A DNA stretch of 64,000 nucleotides from Vicugna vicugna. Lineage: Eukaryota. The DNA is taken from NCBI GenBank assembly GCA_013265495.1, contig MU058221.1:4404001-4468000 (forward strand), in the 5' to 3' direction. The translations under genes were made by a program, and so were the position numbers. Position 1 is the stretch's first letter, and the number at the start of each line of letters is the position of its first letter. Positions 1 to 12,975 of the stretch are shown here, piece by piece. Under the pieces are notes generated by a model, which was given only the letters and a program-made list of their open reading frames with translations, was not told the DNA's origin and searched no databases.

Positions 1-1515
1 GGAGGCAGAGCCTGGACGACTGACTCGGCAGGTGACCCACCCTGGACGTCCATGAATAAACACCCACATCCTCACACCCCTTCCCCTTTCAGACGGTCTC
101 CTTACAACCCCCTCTGGCAGCACACTAGCCTCCCCAAACTGACCGGCCCTCGGCTCCACCCCTTGAAATCAGCCACAGGCAACCACGCTTTGTCAAGCCG
201 CCCCTGCCCACGGGTGCTGGGTGTTCCTGAGTCATGCAACGCCGCTCCTTGCCAGGGTGTGTACTTGTACAGTATGCGCATCTCCTGATTGTTATTTGGC
301 CATTGCTTTGCAAAATACGCCTGAATCCACAGAAGCGAGAATTCCCAGTGCCACGGTAGGCCAACAAACGGATGATTTTTTTCAACAAGGCCTTTGCCAC
401 CCTCTGGATCATACACGGCAGCTGCCCTGGTGTCCACACCCGTGGCCCCACTGCCCTTCGCGGGGAAGGCCGACAGTCTCCCCTGCACGAGCCTTCCTGC
501 CCATTAGGTGCGTCGCCACGTCATTGGCCCTTACGTCAGACTCTGGAAGCTCCTCACCTATGATAAAGGGAAAAGAAGCATGTCCCAAGTTCCCTTGAAC
601 TGAAGAATCACACCTTCCTCCCCTCTACTCCCCGCAGACCAACAGGCCCAACAGGCTCCCCGGGCCCCCTCCCCCCCAGCGCTCTGAAGGTCACATCCTG
701 TGGCCCTTAGGCCCCCGGCTCCAAACACCCTCGTGCCCAAACCCCGAACTTATTTCACCTTAACAGAGGACAGCGGATGTGTCTAGGGGGCAACTACCGA
801 ACTGAAAACTAATAGAATAAAAACAACAGGAAGAATCTGGACCGCCAGAAGGCAGGATTTGGAAACTAGATGACTGAGCAGGAAAGAAGGCGGCTGACCG
901 CCCGCCTAACGACTTGACAACTTTGCCTTGGGCCAGCCCGGCCCCGACACAGGGATGTGTCTTCTTCCATTACTGTCAAACGCTCAAATCGCTTACATGT
1001 CTCCCTAAAGATCACCTTTTTTCCACCTCTTCGTTGCTTCCTTGGTTTGCTCACTCACTCCACTACGCACGGCCTGAGAGCACCATGGAAGCTGCGCGGG
1101 GTGACGATTCCTTGGTGGAGTGTGGCCTGCCTTAGCTGTTAGGCTATAAGCTGGAGACACACTGCAGGGTTCTCGGGTGACAGCTGACTCAGACGATGCG
1201 CGTGTGGCTTCAGTTTTAAGCATCCACCACCCCCCGCCCCTCCAACACACATGCGTGTGTGTGCGCACAGACAGCAAACTTAACTAACCGAAATGACTCC
1301 ACCCCGTCCAGCAGCAGAGAGGCTCAGGCCCCCGAGAACACCAGCACATGACCCTGTGCCCTGCCAGGGTACCCTTGTCACATAGGAACAAAAAGGACCA
1401 AAGTAAGGACTGCAGCCTGTGTGGACGTTCAAAGCACGGTGACACACTCACTGATAGCTGCCTCCCAGCTAGTGAGCGCCCAGAGTACCAACTCCCCGCC
1501 TTTTGAGAATGGGAT

Positions 1516-2041
1516 TGTCGATGAAAAGAATCAATAAACTGTAAGAGGAATAGCAAAGAGTTTAACCTGAACCAAACTGAGGTCTATAGTCTGGAAGACA
1601 GCCTCTCAGATAACTCTGACGCACTGCTCCGGAGAAGCATGGTTTTCAGCACAATTTTCTATCTTATCAGAACAAAGAACATTAAACAAGTCAGGGATAC
1701 ATTCCTTCAAGGTTTAAAAAAAAAAAAAAAGATCAACAAACACATACATAGCGAGTCAGTAGGGCCCTGGCATCCGGGAAGGGTGTCTTCTCATCCAAGG
1801 AGGACCAGCACTGGGACCAGCACGGGCGTCCCAGGAAGGCAGGCACTTCATCCTTATTTTGAACGTGACACACTTTACTTCTGGTCAATGCACCCTTTTA
1901 CTTAATAATTGAAGCAGCTGTACCATGTACGTTTGATGGGCCACAAACGGGCTGTTTTCAGTCAGCAGAAAATTCAAGTTAACTCATGTGTAAGCTAGAA
2001 TGACTTCCCCATTCCTCAATATGTAGAAACTTCTTTTATCA
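1516..2041 (-). mobile_element. ERV1-class solo LTR (cetartiodactyl type)
   Basis: Begins TG (1516) and ends CA (2041). Flanked by GGAT/GGAC, a 4-bp TSD with one transition. Internal text (gaggtctatagtctggaagacagcctctcagataactctga...ctgctcc) resembles recalled artiodactyl MER41-like LTRs in antisense. Confidence 0.8.
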
Positions 2042-3459
2042 GGACGTAGGGTAGAGGAAATAGGGAGACCTGCAGAGGGGCTGAAGGAGGGAAGAAGGAA
2101 CGGAAAAACTTGTCTCCGTAATACAAGGAAGAACAATATGGGACAGGCTCTCAAAATGCTCCAAATCAAACTACAGAGATGAGAAACGGGAAAGGATGAG
2201 AAATAGCCAATGGAAAATGGTGTGGACAATAAGTTCCAAGAGTTCAGAAGAAGAAGAAATCAGAAAAAAAAAAATCAGCTGGAATGAGATTACCAAAAAG
2301 AATGAGACCTTTTGTAGAAGTGACTCAGGTGTGACGCTTGAAAACAGTAGGCAAACCAGAAGAAAGATAAAATAGTCTTGCCAACCTGTGCAGGACTGGA
2401 CTTTCACCAATTCCTCCCCAGATCTATCTGATTTGACGGGTGCCACCAGGAACAGAAGCAGTGTGGGTCTGACTTCACAGGGGTCACCTGCCCTCTGAGT
2501 TACACTGCACAAGCCTCACCGTGAATCCAAAATCAAATGCTTTTTATCGCTGCTTCTTAGACTTTAGCTAAATAATTTTCAGCTCTTGGATGCAGAGTGT
2601 TACAATCTATAGCCTTTTCCAATCCCAGCAGAGCATAAGCATATGCCTATTTTTTTTTGTTTCAAGGAAACACATAAAGGTAGAAGTTTAATAAAAGGTC
2701 ATATTTTGTAATTTGTTCATAAAAAGTCAAGAGGCAAGAGCCAAGACTTTCCATCATGGCAGAACCTTTGATGCATCTGCCAACCTAGCCAGTCTCCCTA
2801 GAGCACCCTGACTGTGTGCTTCTAAAGCTAGTGCTCGAGGACAGAGATGTCTGGCTTCTAATCTATCCTCTTTGTGAACCAAAATGTGGGACCACCATGC
2901 ACCGCATTTTATCATCATCCCCTGAACTTGGATCAGAGGCTATCTGGGATCCGAGGTAGGAGACCAATGTCAGGGTTGAAGATGGAACAAACCAAGTTCC
3001 TGAACTCAGCCACTACTGAGATTTGAGACACAGAAGAACTGACTCAACCAGAATGAGGATCCACAGCCAGCACTGAAATAGAAGATGACAGAAGGGTGGG
3101 TGAACAGAACATGGCAAGTGACAGAGGTGTGATCAAGAAGATTCTCAAGTGCTGTCTCCCTCTCCTTCCTTGCAGGAAAAGGAAATGGTAGCTTGGCTAG
3201 GCTGCCTGAAAGGCACGTGTCAGAGGGTTATTCTGGACTGAAAAACCCAAATACCCCTCTTGGATAAATAATAAGCCTTGTTAACATGCTATCGCTGCCC
3301 CCATTACTGACCTAAAGGAGCTCGCTCTGGAACTCTATTGAGGAAACAGCAAATCTCTCTAGGACTTTCCCTGAAACCTAGAAAAGGTTGAACTCCCTTC
3401 AAAACTGCTGCTTCCTGTTCCTGAGAAGGGGCTCAGCGGGAAGATGACTCAAGAAGCGG

Positions 3460-3512
3460 GGTGGACCTGAACTCCTACCTGGATGGACCCGACCTCCTAC
3501 CTGGATGGACCC
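3460..3512. repeat. 22-bp tandem duplication (~2.4 copies)
   Basis: ggtggacctgaactcctacctg / gatggacccgacctcctacctg / gatggaccc, read directly. Confidence 0.85.
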
Positions 3513-3593
3513 CTAACCATTGTTCCTAGAAGTTCCTGGGGGCCACAGCCAGCATCGGCCACCAATAAGAGCTGACTCTGAGAGAAGCAGAGT

Positions 3594-3748
3594 GGAGGGG
3601 AGGGTACAGCTCAGTGGTAGAGTGAGTGCTTAGCAAGCATGAGGTCCTGGGTTCAATCCCCAGTGCCTCCATTACATAAATAAATAAACCTAGTTCCCTC
3701 CCCTAAAAATGTAATTTTTAAAAATAAAATAATTTAAAAAAAGAGAGA
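3594..3748 (+). mobile_element. tRNA-Ala-derived camelid SINE (vic-1 type, long form)
   Basis: Head ggggagggtacagctcagtggtagag...gggttcaatccccagtgcctcca with A and B boxes, internal taaataaaccta segment and A-rich tail. Perfect 13-bp TSD gagagaagcagag at 3580-3592 and 3749-3761. Confidence 0.92.
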
Positions 3749-3807
3749 GAGAGAAGCAGAGAGTCCATCAAGATGGCAAGGACTCATAGCGTGGAGGACT
3801 GTCTGCC

Positions 3808-3922
3808 CCAGAATCAACCAGGGGCATTGTAAAGATACAGGCAGTCTGGACCCCACCCTAGATCTACTCACTAGAAAGATCAGGATATGGGCTCAGGAAT
3901 CTGTGTTTTAAGAAGCTCTCCC
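3808..3922 (+). mobile_element. MER5A-like hAT-Charlie MITE fragment
   Basis: ggaccccacc...gggctcaggaatctgtgttttaagaagc matches the recalled MER5A core. It is cut by the L1 that follows. Confidence 0.6.
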
Positions 3923-4125
3923 TACAGAAAAAACTTACGGTTCAGTGCAGGGAAGGTGGTGGGAAGGGGTACGTTGGGAGTTCGAGATTCACAGACACTA
4001 GCTACTATATATAAAATAGATAAACCACAAGGTCCTACGGTACAGCACAGGGAACTATATTCAATATCTTGTGGTAATCTAGAATGAAAAAGAATATGAA
4101 AACAAAAACATCCAAACAAACAAAA
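3923..4125 (+). mobile_element. L1 3' UTR fragment (cetartiodactyl L1)
   Basis: ataaaatagataaaccacaaggtcctacggtacagcacagggaactatattcaatatcttg. Imperfect TSD aagaagctctccc (3910-3922) / aagaagccccccc (4126-4138). Confidence 0.85.
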
Positions 4126-5869
4126 AAGAAGCCCCCCCGCCAACTTCCACCCCTTAACTCCACTCCCCTAACTTGGAAACTCATCCTTTTTCTGTCTTCC
4201 CATCATTAGCCACCTTCAAGAGAGAAGTGAGTTAAATCCTACTGCCCAGCTAAGATCAGGAGAGAGAGAACACATCATTACTCACTTCATCCCTCAGGGA
4301 AGAATAGGAAGGGAAAACAAACAAACAAAAAACCATGGTGCCAGGAAACCCTGGGAGAGGATTGGAGCCAATTACAAAGACCGTAAAGTGCAACCTAGCT
4401 CAGGCTCTGAGCCATTTGAAATCTGGAACCAGGGCTCCCAGGGTGTGGTGATATTCAGTAGGTGCTTAATAAAATGACAGGGAGAGATAGAGAGAGGGAG
4501 GAGTGAGTGGAACATGGCCGGTCTTACCCCAGTGTTGATTTTAGATCCCCTGTCCAGGTCTGACTCTCAGTGCTAACCACTTGCAGTCAACCTTTCTTTT
4601 CCCCGCGGGGTTCTGGGAACTCATCACGCTGACTCATTTTGATGGAGACGAGCTAAGTCATCCTCAGTCCATTTGTGTTTCACCAGCCGTTTCATTACCC
4701 TGCAAACCCAGGCTCCTTCCTCTGACTCTGGGTGTGTGTGCAGTGGGTGGGGGATCAGAGAATGGAAGGAGGAGGGTGTGTTTACAGATGGTTCACACTT
4801 CCTGTCCTATGAGGCCTCTGGGTTTCCCAGCTTGCAGGGAATCCGGGGCACCCGGGCGCTGGCACCACCCTGACTGCCATTGACATCCTTGTCTCCTGAC
4901 TCCCCTCTCGTTACTAAATGTTTTCACGCCACCGTTTCTGAGCGCATGCGCTATGCCAGGCACTGAGATAGGCTGTTGAAAACCAAGTGTGTGTTGTTTT
5001 CTTGTTCAATTTCAAGTTCTTGGTAGCAGATTTGAAAACTATAAAGAATGAAGTTAAAATAGTCTCAACTCCTATCACGCCATCACTGTTAACAAGAAGA
5101 TCTATGCGCTTCCATTATTAACTTTGTAAATATGTACACAATTGCCAATTTTGTTCATATCATGATACCATACCCAAGTATGGTTCTAATTTATTCTCTT
5201 TTTTTCTTCTTCAACGTAAAGTATAAATGGGGGTATTTTCCTATGGTCATTAAAATCTTACACAACATGCTTTTTATAGGCTACATTTTTTGTAAGATTT
5301 TTTACTCTTTCAATTTTTGTAACATTTCAAGATGGCCCCAGTAAACTCTTACTGTTGCCTAGTTAATACATTCTGAGTGAAGGTGTTCTTTTTTAAATGT
5401 CTGTTATGGACTGTGGTTTTTCCCACCTTGTAATTGTTAACAAGAAGTATTTTCATGATTTCATGATTTCAGGCTTCAGGACTGAGGCCACCCAGTCACC
5501 AAACATTCTATAATCTAGAGTTTATTTCTCCAACTTGAAACTGTCCGCAAAGTAATAATTAAAATAATATATAATGCCTAGCACTGAGGGAGAATTACAA
5601 AACACTTCATGTTACATAGTGTTGTTCACCACCAGGCTCCAGGATTATTCAGGATTATACTCTTAGCGTTCTACATTTTGTAACCACGAGGTGGAATTTG
5701 CCATGTCTGTTGGGATAAGAAAGTTCAAAGTTTCTTTTTGTTTTGTTGTGTGTTTTAATTATATTCATCTCCCGCCCCCCAGTAAAGAAATGGCTCACTA
5801 TGATTCCTCAAGCAGATTGCTTACTTAAGCGCTCCTCATTTTATTCTACCATATAAATTTATTAGTCAG

Positions 5870-7250
5870 TTTTCAGAGTTTTGGGTAATTCCTAATTATT
5901 CACTATTATTTTTAAAATCCCTGCAGTAAACATATTCATTGATAAGTCTTTGCACACAATTTTGATCATTTCCTTAAGCTAAATTCCTACAAGAAAAATG
6001 GCTGAGTGAGCATAACATTTGTAAAGCTTGTGATGACTGCTATCAAATCACTCTTCCTTGGATGTAAGTTCTTAAATTCCCAAGAACACTGAAAGAGCAT
6101 TTTTCTTTTCCTCACCTTTATCAATATCAGTTACTGTATTTTTAAAAATTCTTTACAAATCTGATAAACAAAACAAAAGCATCTCAGTATTTTTTGTCAT
6201 CTTTTGCCAATTGTCTATTCACATTCTTTGTTCCTTTTCCTATTATTGAACATTGATCTGTTAGCACTTTTTATATATTAAAGATCTAACCCTCTGAATT
6301 ATATGTGACAAATATTATACTACTTTTTCACTTATTTCTTCACAATATTTTATCTCAAAAAATAAGCATGGTGATCAAAACTTTTGTGTGACAATTTATG
6401 TCTTTGCTTTTATGTTGAAAAAAAGGTTTTCCCCTCACATATAAATAGTTTACCTGTATTTTCTTAAAAGTTCATGTGATTTATTACTCTACATTTAACT
6501 CTTAATTTAATGTTAATGTATTTTAGTATACTGTGTGCTGTAAAAACTGGACAATTTTTCCATATAGACAGTTAATCATCTCAGCACCATATATTGACAA
6601 ATCCTCCTTTTAATCGCTAATTAGAAATCTCTCTTTAATCATATACTAAATTCTTATATGTGTAAATATCTATTTCAAGGTTTTGTTTTGTTATTTCCTT
6701 CTATTCAATTTATGTGTATTTTTGCTTCAATACTATAAAATTTTATATATTTTTTGGTCTAAAATGCATTTTACTATCCAGTAAGGTAACATCCCCTTTT
6801 TTCCCAAAATTCCCTGATTTTTGGCCATTTATTCTAACAGATGAACTCTTAGAATTACATTTAAAAAAATCCTGTTGGAACTTAATTGGAATCACATTAA
6901 ACCTCTAAAAACTTGGGAACCCACAATATCTTTACAAATCGAGGGTTCCCATTCATGAACATTTTATTTTTTTATTCATTTAGTCAAATAACTTTAATAA
7001 CTGGTTTTAATAGCTTCTATAGCATTTTGTAGTTATCTTTATCTTGGCTTTGCACCAAATTTGTGATTAAGATAAATCATAAGTATTTTGCATTTGTGCT
7101 GCTCTTATGGATAATATTTTCCCATTTTATCTTTGAAGTAGTAATAGACGTATGGATAAAAATTATTGGTTTTCCTATATTCGTTTTAGATCCATTTATC
7201 TTTTTATGCGGTTTTTACTCTAAATTTTATCTGTAGCTTCCCTTAGTTTT
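5870..7250 (-). mobile_element. Ancient L1 (L1ME-like) ORF2/3' fragments
   Basis: Long T-rich tract with antisense-L1 phrases (tctcagcaccatatattga, ggaatcacattaaacctcta, cccattcatgaaca, aagtattttgcatttg). Heavily decayed, boundaries approximate. Confidence 0.65.
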
Positions 7251-7449
7251 TGTCTTCTTTTGACAATTCTTCTTTCCTTGTCTCATATAAGAAGAAAAGT
7301 TTCTGGCATAGCTTTGTAGTTTGGGATGTCTACGGTCTATGGCTTCCCACAGTGAATGATTTGGTCCAGATCATCTAAAGGACCCTTTGCTTTTTTTAAG
7401 TATGAGCATATCCATCGGACAGAGACACAGAGTGAACGTCCCTATTTTA

Positions 7450-7760
7450 TCTCCTCCCACACTCAGGCACTCTGCTATTCAGATTTTTCTCTGACAGTTC
7501 CCTCTGCCTTGAACCCTCTTCCTCCGTGCATTTCTGCTCTCTTTACCATTTGCCTTCTGCTCATGTTCTCCTAGAAGGCTTCTCCCATTCCACGATCAGA
7601 ATCATCATCAATGCTCTGAAGGCATATCTTTGTTCCTTTATTATGAATCTGTAGGCGTATCTGTCTCCACACCAAAATCTATACTAGGGAATGAGAATTC
7701 CCAAAACTTAGCACTCTGCTTGGTGCACAGTAGGCACTCAATAAATGTTACATAGAACTG
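7450..7760 (+). mobile_element. L2 3' end
   Basis: ttccctctgccttgaaccctcttc...cttagcactctgcttggtgcacagtaggcactcaataaatgtt resembles the L2 terminus. Confidence 0.65.
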
Positions 7761-10509
7761 AACTGAGCGCGATGCTGTTATATGTGGCTAAGCAAGTTAG
7801 TAAGAAGAGAATATAGAGGAATGAGAAATGAACTGTCACATCCTTAGCCATATTGATCTGTGCAAAAAAGAAATTTCTCCATTTCCGTATTCCAATTTTT
7901 CATTGATCCATGCCAAAAAAAAAAGTTCTCTATTTCCTTATTGCATTTGTGTAAGCTAGTGTTTGCTTAAGTCACAGCCACCTGCTGCTCTGCAGCTGTA
8001 TCAGGGAATAAGTCTGGGCTCTAAATTACCAACTCAGAGCTTCCTGGTGGCTTTTCTACTAACAAGCTGCCAAGTCCAGAATGATGGGGTTTCTCTTTTC
8101 ACTGACAACCAAAACAAAATCTGGCTGCTCTAAACGGGCTCTTCTCACTCCACCTGCTGCTTCTGCAGCTAAAGTGGAGAATAACATATGAACCACCAAA
8201 GGCCAGTACTCCTATGGAATTCCATGGATTTCAACACAAGGCATCAAGATACTGCTTGCATGTTGGGTGTTTATTCCTGTAGGAATTACCCAGGTAGCAT
8301 AAGAGAAAACTTTAAAGCCTTGAAAGCCACAGCCCCTCCTGCCCCAGAACCCATCTCTGATCATAGTACCAAGAGCTGGGACACAAGAGGGCTCAGCAGA
8401 TGTCAGCCTTGTTTTCTCACCTCTAAAAGGGGAGAATGAGCCAGTCAAACGCAGGCTTGCTTCTGCAAAACTTCCCTTGCCATTAGGCAAAACAGTGACC
8501 CATGCTAGGAAATTCCAGACACTCAGACAAAGCAGTGAAGAGGTATTTGGGGACAAAGAGGTCTTTCAGTCCCACTCACATCAGTCTTGGTGTCAACCAG
8601 GACTCAGTCAGAGTATATTGAGAAAAGTACAGATGAAATGATCACCATCTTCACTTTGGGTCAACTTACTAAGTCTCTCACCTGCTTTGAGTGAACCCAT
8701 CTGGTGTGAAGGTGGGAGGGGAGGCATCAGAAGGCCAGACCGTCCCCATCAAATCATGGGACCCTGACATTCCATAGCACTGGGCAGAGAGAAGACATTT
8801 TCACTTGTCAGATAGCTTTACTGAATCATAAATTAAAAAAGAATAGTGTGTTGATCATAGTAATTTGAAAATTATAAAAGATCAGTTTATTAAGTATTTG
8901 CTATGTGTTGAGCAAGCGCTATACTAGCATTTTAAATGCATTACCTCACTAAAATCTCCCCCGAGGTAGGCACGACTGGCAAAAGTTTGAACAGGATTTG
9001 GAAACACTACACCACACTATTTGCTCTTATTTTCTTCCAGTCCAGCAAAGTTAGAAGCTGGCTTCCCAGACTAGCCCAAATTACAGGCAGAAAATCCTCC
9101 TGACCCATAGAGAAGAATGGAAAAGAGAGGTTGTCCAGGTAGACCAGATGGATTTCCAGGAAGGGTTCTCACTGCAACAGGGACACTAGAAATGCAACTT
9201 ACATGAAAAGGGCACAGACTCCGGGCTCCATCAGCTTTTAGGGACAGGTGATACTGAAATGAATTTCTGAGCACATTTCTCCAGATGTAACTCCTTACCT
9301 CCCTAATAAATTGCCAAAATTGCCAGCCTCACTCATGGTAGCCTCCCACACAAGTGTTTTCAGTGAGCTTTAGCTTTAGATAAAGGAAGTTTCATAGTAT
9401 TAAAAAGTGCCCATACAATGCTAATTTTAAAACACTATTCATAGAAGCATATCTTGGGTACATGTGATTTCTAAGCTAAGTTGTTTGGGCTAAGCAATTT
9501 ATTTAGTTAAGTTGACAAGGAAGTATGCATATATTCTGAACAATTCTTTTCCAAAATATAGTATTAATGTATTCTCCCTTAATTCTTTGTTTACTGCTGA
9601 GATCTTGGGTTCCTGACAAAGAAATCTAATAGCAGAATGGGTTCCTAAAAATTTTTACTGCCAACTAATCTTGCTTGAACTTAGGTGGTACCAGCATGTA
9701 TTCTATCACATAAGTTTAATAAAGGTCAATTAGTAAAACCTTCAGCTACTCAGAAAGAAATACTTTTTATCTGCATGTTTTTAATGAGAGAGAGAAAAGA
9801 CAGAGGTCCTAAATTTTCAAAACAGATACTATAAATTCCATTAACTAATACTGTTCATGACTTACTCAGAGAAATGTGCTATTGGCCCTCACACTGAGTC
9901 GTTTACTCCCATTTCAGAGACTATTCTAATAAGTTTAGCCACGTGGTATCTTAGCCTATACTTGATTTTCAGCAGGAAATTCAAAGGATTTTTTTGATAC
10001 ACAAATTCTAACAATAATGAGCTGCTGCTCCCAATGACAGTCAAAAGCAAATATGAAAATCAGACACAAGAAGTCCAGGGTCAGATCTCTCTGTGCCCAC
10101 TGGGGGCCATGCTGTGCACACATCAAGGGTCAGCAGGAGTTATCCTACATAATTCCAAACACAAAACAATACAAAACAGATGGTGTACACTGCCCCCTAG
10201 TCAAGACTATATAAGGATTTTCCCAATTTAAAAAAAAAAAAAATTTTTTTTTAAAAATACTGCTTAAAGGAGTGGGCTTACTTGCTCCTCGTCCTGACTC
10301 CTGGACCAAGCACACTCCGAGGCTTGGACATTACATCTTCTCATCCCCTGCTTGTTCCCTCTGGGCCTTGGAGGCCAAATCAGCATAATCTCTGCTACCG
10401 TCCAAGGTGTGGGTGGGGAGCCATGAATCAAAGGAAGGACCTTCATGAATTTGAACTCAGGCGATTTTTAGCTAGACAACACCAAATTCCTCTTTAAAAC
10501 AGTAATAAC

Positions 10510-10606
10510 ATTATGCTATTATATTTCAAATAATATTATGAAACATCATGCTGTTACCCCAGAAATTGACACATCATAAACTGACTCTACTTCAATTTAA
10601 AAAAAT
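10510..10606 (+). mobile_element. Very short L1 3' terminus
   Basis: tgaaacatcatgctgttaccccagaaattgacacatcataaactgactctacttcaatttaaaaa matches the ends of the other young L1 copies in this window. Confidence 0.75.
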
Positions 10607-10684
10607 AGCAATAATAACTACTGATAATCAGCCCCATAGAGTCTGTCTTTCTTCTTCTCTGCACATACCCTGATTATATAGAAG

Positions 10685-10980
10685 GAAAATGACGCAAGTG
10701 AGGACACTTGCCCCTTGCCGGCCTCCCTGTTTCTGTGGAAGAGCCCGTCACCCCACCCCAAAGCCGCGTGGTCCCTCCTACTAGCTCCTCCCAGAGGGAG
10801 GGGCTCTTGGAATTGGTGAGAAGGTCACTGACTGGGCCGCAGCTCTAGGGGGCGGGGCCAGGGGAGGTCCTCTGCGCAGTCGCAGTGTGGACCTGGAGCC
10901 CTGGTTCTCGGCTGGCATCTGCAGGACGATTAAGCGCTGTTCTACTGACAGGCTTCTGGGTCCCGAGTGTCAGTTAAGTG
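10685..10980. promoter_or_regulatory. Promoter-like element
   Basis: Local GC/CpG enrichment with TGACGCAA (10690-10697), inverted CCAAT (ATTGG 10812-10816), canonical GC box GGGGGCGGGGCC (10848-10859) and NRF1-like TGCGCAGTCGCA (10873-10884). Confidence 0.45.
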
Positions 10981-11558
10981 TGGAAGTGAAGGAGGGGTGC
11001 CCACTGCCCAGTGGGTAGAGGAAACCCACTGCCTTCTGTGTGGCCGGAAAAACAAATTGGGATTATGAGAAGTGCCCACTGCTGGCTGGGGAAGTGTGAG
11101 CACTGGGTCTCAAGGCTTAAAGGGCAAAGGTGGTGGGGCGAGGGGGTAGAGTGGGGGGTGCAGTAAACCCCCATCTAAACCACGTTCCCCACACACATGA
11201 CCCGGCGTTTGAGTATGATTTTGCAGATGCCTGGATATTGACCCAAGACTTCAATCAGCATATGGCCAGTGGCTTTCATGTGTATGTTGTCAATCACACT
11301 CCAGAGAGCTGAGACTTGGCCTTCCCTAACTGAGACGCGTTAGTCCCTCGTCGGGTAGAAGGCCAGCGAAAGGATGGGGTCTTCTCATTCCCAAGCCAGC
11401 TCTCTCACAAGCTGCACGTGGGACAATCAGGGCCAAGTTTGTGAGAATAAGAGGTTGGGGATGGAATGTCCCATTTCCACTGATTGTTTTTCTATGATGA
11501 GAGTCCCTGATTAAAACAGAGGTACGAATCTGAAAAAAAGAAAACACAGATTTTAGAG

Positions 11559-11768
11559 CAGTGGTTCCCAAGTGTGAGTGATTTTGCACCACCACCACCC
11601 CAGCAGCCATTTGGCAATGCCTTCAGACATTTGTGACTTTTTTGATTGTCACAGCTGGTGGATGTAGGAGCAAAACGCTGCTAAACACCTCTAGAACGTG
11701 TGGAACAGCCCCCACAACACAGAATTGTGGGCCCAAAAGGGCAGTAACTGTGAGACTGAGAAACCCTG
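11559..11768 (+). mobile_element. MER20 hAT-Charlie MITE, near full length
   Basis: Terminal inverted repeats cagtggttccca...tgagaaaccctg. Internal catttggcaatg...cagacattt, gctgctaaaca and cagcccccacaaca. Confidence 0.85.
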
Positions 11769-12164
11769 CTCAAGAGGCGCCGTGAAACGTGGGTGCTGAC
11801 TATAAATTCTGCATCTCGTGTAAATGCATCGGAACCGCAGGCTGGTGACAAGGGAACCACCCTGTGGTGTGGTTACTGCGGCTTCCCCTCAGTCCTGGTG
11901 GGTCTGTCAGCCTGGCCAGGTCATCCCCAAAACTGTCAGGTCGACGAAACTTGTACTTGCCCCTCCGTATTCTCTTCACCTGCACCCTCTGCCCATCCAG
12001 GCTCTGTTTGGAGACACTAAAGCTCCTCCGTGCCTAGATACAGTCCTCTCCAGCTCCTCAACCAACAGTGAGCAGACCCAAAACCGAAACAAAACAAAGG
12101 AACAAAACAGCAAATGAATAGCTTGTCCCCAGCAGAAACTTTCCATAACTTGGAGGGGGTGCCT

Positions 12165-12350
12165 TTATTATGCTGGCTGGCCGCTTTACATATTGTAGCT
12201 CATTTGATGTAACGACCATCTTACAAGACAATTTCCATTTTAAAGTTAGAGAAACTAAGGCTCAGAAAGGTTAAAGGATATACTCACTTTCGCAAAGCTC
12301 GTAAGAGGCTGATAGCTGTTCCTTATTAATTCTAAATCACACTTTATGCT
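12165..12350 (-). mobile_element. MIR SINE
   Basis: ccattttaaagttagagaaactaaggctcagaaaggttaa is the antisense MIR core. Confidence 0.65.
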
Positions 12351-12489
12351 CCATTTACTCTGTACCCGACTTTCCTGTTCTAGTGTCGTATCATATTGGA
12401 CACGAGCCATTTTTTCAGATTTATATTTTAAATTATCAGCAGTAAATCCACAAGTAGAATAAATCATCAGTGTCTTCTTTAACCTATGT

Positions 12490-12560
12490 TTTAGTTAGGA
12501 TCCTTTGATTGCAAGTTACAGAAACCAATTTGATCTAGGTAAAATAAATGGAAGCAATAT
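12490..12560 (-). mobile_element. MLT1J/K-like MaLR LTR fragment
   Basis: ttagttaggatcctttgattgcaagttacagaaacc resembles the recalled antisense MLT1 terminus. Confidence 0.45.
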
Positions 12561-12578
12561 ATTTTAAGCATTCTCACC

Positions 12579-12609
<31 letters not shown>

Positions 12610-12975
12610 AAGGAGAAAAAAATATGAAAAGCTGTGGCTGCTTTTTCTCACTTTTTATTCTAGATCAGCTTCCTCAGCTTTCTCTCCTCGGATTGTATGG
12701 GAATATGGCAGCCCCGGGTCATGGGCTCGGTCATCGCATACAAATGACATCTAATACTGCAGAGGCCTTTTGTGAGATAAGCACCAGGCCAGAGCTGACC
12801 GCGTTGGTTTGCTTCTTTACAGAAAATCACGTAAGGCCAATCAAGAGAATTTAGTCAACGCAACGAGGTGATACTAATTTATTCTCATTACCTCTGAACT
12901 TTGATGAGTGCGGTGACTGGGGCTGAGCTCAGTAGAAGGCTCTCTGCTTTCCGAACTCCTGGAACTATGAGTCTT

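Noticed and set aside
12663..12830. Exon-like segment with good acceptor and donor
   Set aside because: It lies directly after an MLT1-like fragment and may be part of that LTR, and the peptide is not recognisable.
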